Shown here piece by piece: positions 24,706 through 36,168 of a DNA stretch of 64,000 nt. The stretch is from positions 37,262,001 to 37,326,000 of the forward strand of contig NC_043014.1 in NCBI RefSeq assembly GCF_006345805.1. Direction: 5' to 3'. Within the stretch, counting starts at the first letter, position 1; the number at the start of each line of letters is the position of its first letter. The stretch is from Octopus sinensis (Eukaryota). A model generated the notes under the pieces. That model ran no database searches. It was not told where the DNA came from and saw only the letters and a list, made by a program, of their open reading frames with translations. The position numbers were made by a program, and so were the translations under genes.

Positions 24706-25169
24706 TATATATATATATATATATATATATCATCGGCAGAAGTTAGAAAGTAAGTCGAAAGCTGAGAGTTTCGTGTATTGGCACTTATCTAACATGAATT
24801 TGTCCATTGTCACTCTGTAACTTCTGACGAAATAACTTCTAAAATACAAGATTTTGTCAAAAACGTAAAGAGTAAACCCTGTTCTATGTGACACATTCTA
24901 CCAGAATCAGAAGTCTGAAAGTGTTTAGTTAAAAGAAATTAATTAAATAATGTGTATGTCTAATTGAATAGATCCAAAATGGATGAAAAGCAAAGTCGAT
25001 CTCCGCGGAATTTGAACTCAGAACGTAAATACAGATGAAATGCTGCTTCTATAATACAAAATTTTATCAAAAACATTAAGAATAAACCCTGTTCTATATG
25101 ACATATTCTACCAGTATCAGAAGTTTGAAAGTGTTTAGTTGAAAAAATTAATTAAATAATCTGTACATC

Positions 25170-25272
25170 AAAGTCGACCTCACTGAAATTTGAACTAAAT
25201 AACGTAAAGACAGATGAAATACCGTTAAGCATTTCGCCTGGCACGCTATCGTTTCTACCAGCTCACTGCCTT
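25170..25272 (-). mobile_element. SINE 5' head fragment (second family)
   Basis: Minus strand aaggcagtgagctggtagaaacgatagc...tagttcaaatttcagtgaggtcgacttt (Pol III box-like); partial copy at ~24995-25045. Confidence 0.6.
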
Positions 25273-26221
25273 AGAAAGTAAACATTCATTTTAGAAATAT
25301 ATTCTTTATTCTTATTGCTTAAGCATTACTCCCTTACTTCCTTACTGACATGAAATTTCGTAACATTTTACTTCATAACTCTTTTTCTACTAATTTTTGT
25401 TCAATGCAACTAGCGATTCTTAATTCCTCGTGCATTTTTCTATTATTTAAGACTAAGAAAAGTATACTTTTAATTTAAAATTTTAAAATTTATGTTAATT
25501 GAAGATGAATATCTGCCTACTGCTCCCCACCCACCTTGTGGTCACATTATATTTTAACTTTCTTTCTACTGAACCATCCCAAACTATTTATGCCAAACTA
25601 TAGCTGAGGAGGTGTCCTCTTTAAAACTATTAACAGTTTGCAATTTAGTTGAGAACTGAATTAGTGGTGAAGCTTGGAAGCTGCTGTGTTTGATGAAATG
25701 GTGGACTTGAGAATATATTCAGCCAGTACTGTGGTTGAATGATATTAGAACTTCTTGGAAGCTCAATCAAATTGCTGGCCTACATATGTTATTCACATCA
25801 TTTCTTATTATTGATCTCGTCTTTTGTTCTTAATTTCATCATACTTTTACCTAGAAGTCTGCCACAAAAGGCAAAAATGACCAGTAAAATCATATCTTTA
25901 CCAAACATTTATGAAAAATCTGTATGTAATAGGCAAAGGTTAAAACCATTATTGAAATCAGTATGAAAAATGGTTCAGAATCACCTATAAGTAGACAATC
26001 ATAATTTATTTCATTTAAAATTGCAGACTTGTGTAATCATAGATATTTATAAATTACTGTGTTTGTGTGTGTGTGTGTAAATGTTTTAAATATTTTTTCT
26101 AAGTGAAAACAATGCAATTAATAAATATTAATAACACAGGTTGATGGTTACTTACCTGGAATATTCTTGCCTGAGTGTCATCAATGTTTCTTATGCATAC
26201 CTATGGAGAAAAGGAAGTGAG

Positions 26222-29200
26222 ATCATCATCATCATCATCATCGTTTAACATCCGTTTTCTGTGCTAGCACGGCTTGGACGGTTCGACCATGGTCTGGGAA
26301 GCAAGGAGGCTGCACCAGGCTCATCTGGCAATGTTTCTACAGCTGGATGCCCTTCCTAACGCCAACCACTCCGTGAGTATAGTGGGTGCTTTTTACGTTT
26401 CACCGGCCCAGGTGCCAGACGAGTCTGGTAGCGGCCACGATCGGTTGGTGCTTTTAACGTGCCACCAGCACGGTTGCCAGTCAAGGTGGTGCTGGCATTG
26501 GCCACATTCGGACGGCACTTTTTACGTGCCACCGGCACAGAAGCCAGTCAAGGCGGCGCTGGCATCGGCCACGTTCGGATGGTGCTTTTTACGTGCCACC
26601 GGCACAGAAGCCAGTCAAGGCGGCACTGGCATCGGCCACGTTTGGATGGTGCTTTTTATGTGTCACCAGCACAGGTATCACAACTACTATTTCCATTGAT
26701 ATTTATTTCGATGTCATGTACTTGACTCAATAGGTCTCCTCCAGCACAGCGGGTTGTTCTGAAATCCAAGGTACTTTGAATGGGCTGGGACTATGCGGAG
26801 CTGGTGCAGGAAGCAGCCCGGGTCTTTGCAGTCACAGCATATCTCCAGAGATCTCGGTCCTTCGTCATTGCCTCTGAGGCCCAACGCTCTGAGGTCATGC
26901 TTCAATACCTCATCCCATGTCTTCCTGGGTCTACCTCTACCCCTGATACCTTTAACTGTTTGGGAGTGACACTTCTTCACACATCTCTCCTCATCCATCC
27001 ACAGTACTTGACCATACCATCGCAAGCGTCGCTCTTGCACACCACATCTGATGCTTCTTATGTCCAGCATCTCTCTCAGGGTGCTTACACTCTGTCATGC
27101 GTGCACACTGACATTACACATCCAGCGGATCATGATAGCTTCATTTCTTTCAAGTCTACGCATGTCCTCAGCAGTCACAGCCCATGTTTCACTACCGTGA
27201 AGCATGGCAGTTCGCACACATGCATCATACAATCTACCTTTCACTCTGAGCGAGAGACCCTTTGTTGCCAGTAGGGGTAGGAGCTTTCTAAACTTTGCCC
27301 AGGCTATTCATATTCTAGTGGTGACACTCTCTGAGCATCCACCTCCACAACTATCTTGGTCACCTAGGTAGCGGAAACTATCAACTACTTCTAGTTTCTC
27401 CCCCTGGAGTGTGATGGAATCTGTTTTCTGAGTATCTGTGGTGTCTATTGTCCCGGTGCATCTGCCGCACATGAAAGCTATCTTATCAGTTACTTTCCCT
27501 TTGATGTTGCTGCACCTCTTATGCGTCCATAGCTTACAGTGGGTACATCTTATGGAGTTTCTACCTACACCTTTCCTACAGATCAAGCAGGGCCACCTGC
27601 TCGAGGGGACGTGTGCTGAGTTCGCCTTTCTGCTTACTATAACTTTGGTCTTTGCTACATTTACTCTAAGGCCCTTTGATTCTAAACCTTGCTTCCACAC
27701 CCGAAATTTCTTTTCTAGTTCCGGTAGTGATTCTGCTATGAGAGCCAGCTCATCAGCATAGAGGAGCTCCCAGGGGCAACCTGTTTTGAATTCCTCTGTT
27801 ATTGCCTGGAGGACTATGATGAATAAAAGGGGACTGAGGGCTGAACCTTGGTGTACACCTACTTCTACCCGGAATTCTTCACTATATTCATTGCCAATCC
27901 TAACCTTGCTGACAGCCCCTCTGTATAGGGCCTGTACAGCCCTTATTAGCCATTCGTCAATCTCCAGTTTCCATATCGACCACCAGATAAGGGATCGGGG
28001 GACCCTGTCAAAGGCTTTCTCCAAGTCCACAAAAGCTATGTAGAGGGGTTTATCTTTAGCTAGGTATTTCTCCTAGCTATGTCGGACCAGGAATATAGCA
28101 TCAGTGGTGCTTCTGCCTGGCACAAAATCGAACTGCATCTCATCTAAGCAAATTCTCTCCCTAATGAGATGGATTATGACCCTCTCTGTGACCTTCATCA
28201 CCTGATACAACAGTTTAATACCCCTGTAGTTATTTCTATCTAGAGCATCACCTTTACCCTTCTAGCAGTTGACTATGGTGCTGCTACTCCAGTCATTGGG
28301 TATGACTCCATTGTGAACTACCTGGTTTACAATGCGGGTGACTAGGCCATAGCCCACACAACCAGTTGTTTTAAGCATCTCAGCAGTGATTCCTGATGGG
28401 CCAGGGACTTTTCCTGGTTTCATACTCTTAATTGCCTTAACTACAAGGGAGCTGTCTATTCGGATAGCTGGTCCCTCTACCGGGTCAACATTTGGCAGGC
28501 TCTCCTCCTCCCATTCATTCTCCACATTCAGCTGTCTTTCATAATGGCTTCTCCAAGCCTCTTTCTTTTCACAATCATTAAAAGCAAGTGCACCATCATC
28601 CATACGGACACATTTCTCTCCTGTAACATCACTATTTTCTCTCACACACTGTCTAGCAATCCGAAATACCTCGGTTCTTTGGTCCTCACATTGCTGGACA
28701 TTGGCAAACTTCTTTTCTGCTACATCTTTGGCTATGTATACCTGCCGCCCAGCCTCCCTTTTGGTACAGTTCCCTGCTACCCCCATCCCTCCAGGCTCTC
28801 CAGGCCTGTTTCTTTGCTCTAATGGCTTTGTCTACTGTACTATTCCACCACCATGTAACTTTAGGTCTGGAAGGGACTTTGCACCATCCACAGACTTGGT
28901 CTGTGGCACTCAGCAAGCTGTCCCGTAGGAATTTCCAGCTACCTTCTATGTCCGATGTCTGTAGCTCCTCATCCCTCACATCAAATTTCTTGATGAGGAT
29001 GTCCCTAAATCTCTGACCATGTGAAGGGTTCTTTAGCTTCCAAATCCTTCCTTTCTGGATTGGTCTGTTTCTTGGTATCCTTCTGGTCTCAAGCCTAAAG
29101 TCACTAATGATTAGCCTATGATGAGGAGTACATTCTTCACCCGGGAGGGTCTTTGTATTTAAGAGCAACCCTGCATCCCGCTGTCTGGTGAGGATGAAGT

Positions 29201-29809
29201 CTATTTTGCTAGCGGAGTCCCCTGACTGATAGGTTATAAGGTGGTAGTCTGGCTTCCTGAAGTTAGTGTTTCAGATTAAAAGGTTACATGCATCACAGAA
29301 TTCCAGTAGTCTAGTTCCCTCATCATTTCTGGTGCCAATACCATGGCCACCGTGTACCCAAGTGAATATACCCGATTCCCGCCCAACATGCCCATTAAAG
29401 TCTCCACCCACAAAGATGAGGTCTTTGCCACTCGTCTTTGAGGTAGCCTGTAGAAGGGTATCATAAAAGTGGTCCTTCTGATCATTTGGTAGCCCCGCAT
29501 GTGGGGCATAGGCAGGGATAATCGTAGCTGTGCCACTCTGTAGGACTAAACTGAGCTTAAGCACTCTATCGCAAACCCTGACAATCTCTATGACCTTATC
29601 CACCCATTTCTCTGCAAGGAGAATGCCTACACCCCCTACACCATCCATGTTACCTTGCCAGAAGACTTTATACCTATGTGCCTTGCCTGTGAGGACACTA
29701 CCTGAAGCACATCTCCATCTTACCTCTTGTATGCAGCATACATCAACCCGTCTTCTTTCAAGCATCTCTACAATCTCACTACACCTACCTTTCAGTGTAC
29801 CAACACTGA
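26222..29809 (-). mobile_element. RTE-clade LINE, near full-length ORF with frameshifts and stops, (TGA)n tail
   Basis: APE (VGTLKGR, CIQEVRW, YAPHAG, GGDFNGHVG) and RT (DLEKAFDRVPR, GVHQGSALSPLLF, LYADE, FRYLG); ~66-bp tandem repeats in the 3' UTR at 26380-26690. Confidence 0.93.
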
Positions 29810-29823
29810 TGTATATATATATA

Positions 29824-29856
<33 letters not shown>

Positions 29857-30996
29857 GTGTATATATAGATAAATATATACTCATACATAGAGACATGCAC
29901 ACACATGTGTGTGTTTGTGCATTCATACGTATAGGCTACATGTATATCAGCCAGTATCTTTTCTCTTTGTATAATGTTTAAAAAGAAATATGTTGATGAA
30001 AATATACGTGTGTATTAATATAGCATTAAAATTAATTAGAATAATAATTTCTACATTTATGAATTTGTGTTGCAAGAATCCTTGTGTGAAACCATGTGTT
30101 GAAAGATATTGCTATATATGGGGATGGTCATACTTTTTTGTTTTTTGCCAAATAGATACGTGCACTATATATTTGTTCTTCACCCATTTATTACTGTTCT
30201 TACTCTAACTCATGTCCATCATCCAGAAACCTTTTGTCACATATCTGTAACCTCTTCAGCAACACTTACTGTATTTGTGTGTGCTCTGCATATTCCATTC
30301 TAAGACCTCTTCAGTGACACTTTCCGTATTCATGTGTGCTCTTGCTCTGCTTATTCCATTCTGTTCTTCTATCGTGGGTCACATATGATGGGTCACATCA
30401 TAGAAGAACAGAATGGAATAAGCAGAACAAGAGCACACACAAATAAGGAAAGTGTTTCTGAAGAGTTAGTTACAGATGTATGACGAAAGGTTTCTGGACG
30501 TTGGATGTTGGTTAAAATAGCAAGAGTAATAAACAAGTGAAGAGCAAATGTATAGTGCACGTGTCTATTTGGCATGAAAATGAAAAAAAGATGACCATCC
30601 CAAAATACAACAATACAATAATAATAATTGATTACTATGACTTGTTCTTGTAAGCTCACTTAACTGTGTAGCCTACATACATTATCCACATCTTTTTTAT
30701 TATTGTTCTTAAATTCATCATACTTTTACCTAAAGGTCTGCCACAGAAGGCAATGAATGACAAGAAAAATCATCATATCTTTAGCAGCCATTTATGGAGA
30801 ATCTGCCTGTGATAGGTGAAAACTAAAGACATACTTGAAATTAGCACAAAAAATAGTTCTGAATCACGGAATCACATATAAGCAAACAATCAGCACTTAT
30901 TTGATTTAGAAGTACAGACTTGTGTAATCATAGATATATATATATATATATAAATAATTGTGTGTGTGTGCGTGCATGCGTGTGTATGTGTATATA

Positions 30997-31027
<31 letters not shown>

Positions 31028-31075
31028 CAGTGTGTGTCTGTGTGTATGTATATCTGTGTGTGAGTGTGTGTGCAT

Positions 31076-32806
31076 CAGGGGCGTGCACTCTAAGGTATGC
31101 AAGGTATACGTTGCATGCCCTTTAAATTTTTTATCCATATGATTGGAAAATTAGATAAAATAGTTACTTTGTTTCAAAGAAAATCCGTCCAGTTGTTTTG
31201 GAAATATTTTGTCTCCCCTTCTCCTCTCTCAGTGACTCGTACTTCTGCTTTGAGAAGTCATGCATTGAGAAGACCAGCATGTCAGACACTCCCTCTCTGT
31301 CTCAGTTTGTCCTTCCTTCCTCTCTCTCTCTCTTAGTGACTTGTTTAAAAGACATTCTAAGAGGATAGGGCATTTGAAATATTTTTACCCCCTTCCTCTT
31401 TCTCTTAGTGGCTCGTCATGCTGTGGGAAGACCCGCATAACCTCCCTCTCTGTCTCTTTGTTAGTTTGTCCCTCCTTCCTCTCTCTCTCTTAGTGACTTG
31501 ATAAAACAGATGCTAGGAGGAAAGGTTGTTCATAATATTTTGTACCCCCTTCCTCTCTCTCTCTCAGTGGCATGTCATGCTATGAGATGACCGCATGATA
31601 CCCACTCTCAGTCTCTTTTTCTGTTTTGTTGAAATTGACTTGCAACTTACGCCGGCGCTTCCACGTGTGTTCGTATATAAGAACAGCCTTTTACGAAATG
31701 AGTGAAATGTGTGTTATAAACGATATTTTGAGAAATAGTTTTTCAAAAAGAGACTTCGATGGAAAATAATTAATTATATACGGTGGGAGACCAACACCGA
31801 AAAGGGCTAATGCATTAGATAACATTGTTAAAAAAAAGATTTCCGAAGGCAACAGCAATGGAATTACTCCTCAGGGCTTATTATTACCACAAAGGAAAAT
31901 TATAATTTCATAATCAGCCTTTTTGAGCACATCATTGAAAATCCTGAAGCATGGGATGATACCACCATAAATTCAGCAATTGGATTCTTACACACTTTAA
32001 AAGCTCCTGATTTCTTATTTTTGTTAGAAGTATTCAGTGAGATTTTTTCTTTTACTGACGTCTTATTTAACATCCTCCAGAGTAAAAGTCATGACGTAGT
32101 GTAATAAATAGATAAAACTAGAACTGTACTTGAAAACAAACTTGATAATTTTTCAATCTTTTATATGTTAGGGGAAAAACATGGAGTTGATGCAGGAATC
32201 GGAATTCAGAGATCCAAGAATATATCTATTGAGCCCCAACGACATTATAAAATGCTTTATAACAAAATTATCAGTACAATAGTTGACCAAATAAAAGCAA
32301 GATATTCATCCTTAGAAGAGTTTAAATTCATGGAACTTTCGAATTTCAACAAATCTGATGAGAATTGCAAACAATTTAAAAATCAAGGGTACTATTTAAG
32401 AAGAGTGGTCCCGGTGCGTGCACCCGAGCATCCATGCCAGCTAGTCATGACTAGTCGATCCTTACTTTGTGTTTTTGTGTTTTATTTATTTTGTTTAAAA
32501 CATTTACTTTGTGTTTTTGTGTTTTATATATTTTGTTTAAAAAATTTATTTACTTTGCTAGATAGTCGTAGGATCGACTAGTCACGACTAGCCAGTGCGG
32601 ATGCGCGCGCAACAGGACCACTCTTCTTGAATAGTACCAGGGCGACGTTTTTTTTAATTCTAGGTCATACAGGGGTGATTGCATATTCAGAATCTCGCAT
32701 ATGTAAATCGTAGGAATTTGAAAATTTTTTTACTGAAAAATTGCCCGGGGGGGGGGGGGGGGAAATTCATTGCATGCCCAATCCCGGAAGTCACCGCACG
32801 CCACTG
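31076..32806 (+). mobile_element. hAT DNA transposon (internally deleted) with TIRs and 8-bp TSD
   Basis: TIR CAGGGGCGTGC / CAGTGGCGTGC; TSD gtgtgcat at 31068-31075 and 32807-32814; relic hAT transposase sequence (LLEVFSEIFSFTDVLFNILQSK). Confidence 0.88.
32390..32636. mobile_element. MITE with long TIRs, nested in the hAT element (coordinates include the TA duplications)
   Basis: TACTATTTAAGAAGAGTGGTCC...GGACCACTCTTCTTGAATAGTA; inserted in ggTAcc; second copy at 44951. Confidence 0.88.
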
Positions 32807-32857
32807 GTGTGCATGTGTGTGTATGTGTATATTTGTGTGTGTCTGTGTCTGTGTGTA

Positions 32858-32909
<52 letters not shown>

Positions 32910-32939
32910 TGTGTGTCTGTGTGTGTATAGATATATATG

Positions 32940-34740
32940 AAAAAATTTTCCAATCTTCTGTGTTGTGAGGACTGGAAACTTGTGTTTCAAATTGTAAGAC
33001 AGTGTGTGAGAGAAAATTGTGATGTCATTCGAGAGAAATGTGTCCACATGGACGATGGCTCACTTGCATTGAATGATGCTGCAAAAGAGAGACTGGGAGA
33101 TGCCACTATGAAATGAAGAGAATGAGTGGAGAAAGAGAGTCTGCGAAATGTTGACCCAACATAGGGACCAGCTATTCGTATTCACAGTATGTTGGTAAAT
33201 AAAGCAATTAAGGGTACGAAAATGGGGAAAGCCCCCAGCCCATCAGGAATCACTCCTGAGATGCTTAAAATATCTGGTGGCATAGGCTACAGTCTAGTCA
33301 TCAATATAGCCAACCAGGTGATACACAAAGGAATCACACCAATGACTGCTGTAGCAGCAACCTAGTCAACTGTTACAAAGGTAAAGATGACACATTAGAT
33401 AGAAATAATCACAGAGTTATCAGATGATGAAATGCATGGAGAGGGTCACAGCCCAACTAATTAAGGAGAGAGTTAGTTTAGATGAATGCAGTTTGGGTTT
33501 GTGCCAGGGAGAAGCAGCACTGATGCTATATTTCTGGTAAGATAGTTGCAGGAGAAATTCTGAGCTAAAGATAAACCTCTGTACATGTCTTTTGTTGAAA
33601 TGGAGAAAGCCTTTGACAGGGTCCTCCAATCTCTTATCTGGTGGTCACTGCGGAAACTAGGGATAGGCGATTGATTGGTAAGAGCTGTATAATTCAAGCA
33701 CAGGGATGCTGTCAGTAAGGTGAAAGTTGTCAATGAGTATAGTAAAGAATTCTGGGTAGAAGTAGGGGTTCACCAAGGATCAGTCCTAAACCCCATCTTA
33801 TTCATCATAGTCCTCCAGGCAATAATAGAGGAATTCAAGACAGGCTGCCCTGCCTCTATGCTGATTATCTTGCTCTAAACTCTGAGTCACTACCAGAACT
33901 AAAGAAGACGTTTCAAGTGTGGAAGCAAGGTCTAGAATCAAAAGGATCTAGCAAAAACCAATGTCTAAGTAAGTAGGAAGGCAAACAAATCACAAATCCC
34001 TTCAGGTAGATGGCCCTGCTGTAGAAAAGGTATAGGTAGAAACGCCATAAGATATATCAGGTATAAGCTATGGACACATGTAAGCTGCAGCAATATCAAA
34101 GGAGGTTAAATGGGAAGATAGTTTTTGTGTGTGGAAGATGCACAGGTGCAATAAACACCGAAGAAGTACAGAAAACTCCTTCATATGCAAGGAGAAAAAC
34201 TAGAAGTAGTTGATAGCTTCCATTACCTAGGTGACCAAGTCAGAAGCAGGGATGGATACTCTGAGAGTGTAGCTGCTAGAATAAGAATAGCCTGACCAAA
34301 GTTCAGTGAGTTCCTACATCTGCTGGTAACAAAGGGCCTCTTCCTCAGAGTGGAATTTAGATTGTATAATGCCTGTGCACAAACAGCCATGCTACATAGC
34401 AGTCAAACATGAGCTGAGACTACTGCAGACATGCATAGGCTTGAAAGAAATGAAGCTACTATGCTCCACTGGATATGTAATGTGAGTGTGCATACACAAC
34501 CAAGTGCAAGCACCCTGAGAGAAAGGTTGGACTTAAGAAGCATCAAACGTAGTGTGCAAGAGAGATGGCTGCACTGGTATAGTCATGTGCTGCATATGAA
34601 TGAGGATAGCTTTGTGACATGTCACACCCTAACCTGTGGAAGATGTAGACCGAGCAAGACATGGCATGAGCTGGTGAAGCATGACCATCGAATGTTGGGC
34701 CTCACGGAGGTAATGACAAGTGACTAAGACCTTTGGAGAA
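32940..34740 (+). mobile_element. Heavily decayed RTE LINE
   Basis: Homologous to 26222-29809 in opposite orientation; many stops. Confidence 0.85.
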
Positions 34741-34930
34741 TGAGGCTTTGCATTCATCCCGCTTCCACCCACGTGAGTTATAGAGTAAAAAAATTCCTAC
34801 AGAGAGAACTGTAGTTGAAAAACAGGGATAGAGAATTATATTATCAATAATAAAAGGGTAAAATCAATTAATTATTAATTAATTTTACCAAGTAGTGTTC
34901 AGTATGTAAGAGGACCATTTAAGGTATATT
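34737..34930 (-). mobile_element. Fragment of a diverged relative of the 595-bp array unit
   Basis: Reverse complement aligns to the unit (ccttaaatgg..ctacttggt..ttaattgattttacccttttattatt..actacag..cacgtgggtggaagcggg); inverted copy at 35141-35256. Confidence 0.7.
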
Positions 34931-35081
34931 TAAAACATTCCCTCTCTCTCTTTCGGAGAGGCACTGAGCAGCTATACGCACACATACACACACGGCAGTA
35001 ACTTCCACCTACCGAATTCAATCACAAAGCTTCGGTTGGCTCGGGGCTATAGTAGAAGACACCTACCCAAAGTGCCACAAA

Positions 35082-35550
35082 ACATTACGTTATATAATTA
35101 GGGTTCAGTAAAATAATTTACTTCACCACACACTGAACTCTTATTATTGATAATATAATTCTCTCTCCCTGTTTTTCAACTACAGTTCTCTCTATAGGAA
35201 TTTGTTTACTCTATAACTCACGTGGGTGGAAGCGGGATGAATGCAAAGCCTCATTCGTACTTTAGTGCTCTCAAATCCAAATCTAAGAAATCTTTGAGCT
35301 GACGAAGGAAATGTTGATCTTTAAATTCAACTAATCTAGAAACGTACGTTCTTAAGTAATATTAATGTACATGTGATCTTTTGTTATTTTTCCCTCCATA
35401 CCTGCGTGAATTATTTTTGAGTATACATTGTCTGGGAGATTGTTCTTATAGTAGAAGAAATAGCTAAGATTTTTTGGCTGCTATTTCTAAAAGTTCAGTG
35501 TGTGGTAAAGTAAATTATTTTACTGAACCCTAATTATATAACATAACGTA

Positions 35551-35554
<4 letters not shown>
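35082..35554 (+). mobile_element. Diverged retrozyme-like element with an inverted copy of its 3' end at its 5' end
   Basis: 35082-35140 is the reverse complement of ~35492-35554; contains a hammerhead and blocks shared with the array unit. Confidence 0.75.
35294..35355 (+). ncRNA. Type I hammerhead ribozyme
   Basis: UUGAG-CUGACGA-(stem II with GUUGA/UCAAC)-GAAA-CGUACG-UU-CUUAA; same palindromic stem III as the array. Confidence 0.72.
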
Positions 35555-35649
<95 letters not shown>

Positions 35650-35708
35650 GAGAGAGAGTGATAGAGAGATAGCTAGAGATATACACACATATATATATAT
35701 ATACTCCA

Positions 35709-36100
35709 GGCGTAGGAGTGGCTGTGTGGTAAGTAGCTTGCTTAACAACCACATGGTTCTGGGTTCAGTCCCACTGCGTGGCACCTTGGGCAAATGTCTT
35801 CTACTATAGCCATGGGCCGACCAAAGCCTTGTGTGTGGATTTGGTAGGCAGAAACTGAAAGAAGCCCGTCGTATATATGTATATATATATATGTGTATGT
35901 TTGTGTGTTGTGTTTGTTCCCCCACCCAACATCGCTTGACAACTGATGCTGGTGTGTTTACGTCTCCGAAACTTAGCGGTTCGGCAAAAGAGACCGATAG
36001 AATAAGTACTAGGCTTACGAAGAATAAGTCCTGGGGTCGATTTCCTCGAATAAAGCCGGTGCTCCAGCATGGCCACAGTCAAATGACTGAAACAAGTAAA
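35709..36100 (+). mobile_element. tRNA-derived SINE, full-length
   Basis: GGCGTAGGAGTGGCTGTGTGGTAAG..GGGTTCAGTCCC head; tail CGGTGCTCCAGCATGGCCACAGTCAAATGACTGAAAC. Confidence 0.88.
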
Positions 36101-36120
36101 TGAGTAAATGAATATATAGA

Positions 36121-36168
36121 GTTTCGGATGCCGGGGTTGAAGCATGCTCTGGCATATCATCAGTTATT
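36121..36168 (-). ncRNA. Truncated hammerhead, paralog of 12100-12160
   Basis: AAUAA-CUGAUGA-uAUGCC...GGCAUcc-GAAAC; 3' arm lost at the SINE junction. Confidence 0.45.

Noticed and set aside
32355-32361. Isolated CTGATGA (also CTGACGA at 24824-24830)
   Set aside because: No stem II, GAAA or stem I partner could be paired.
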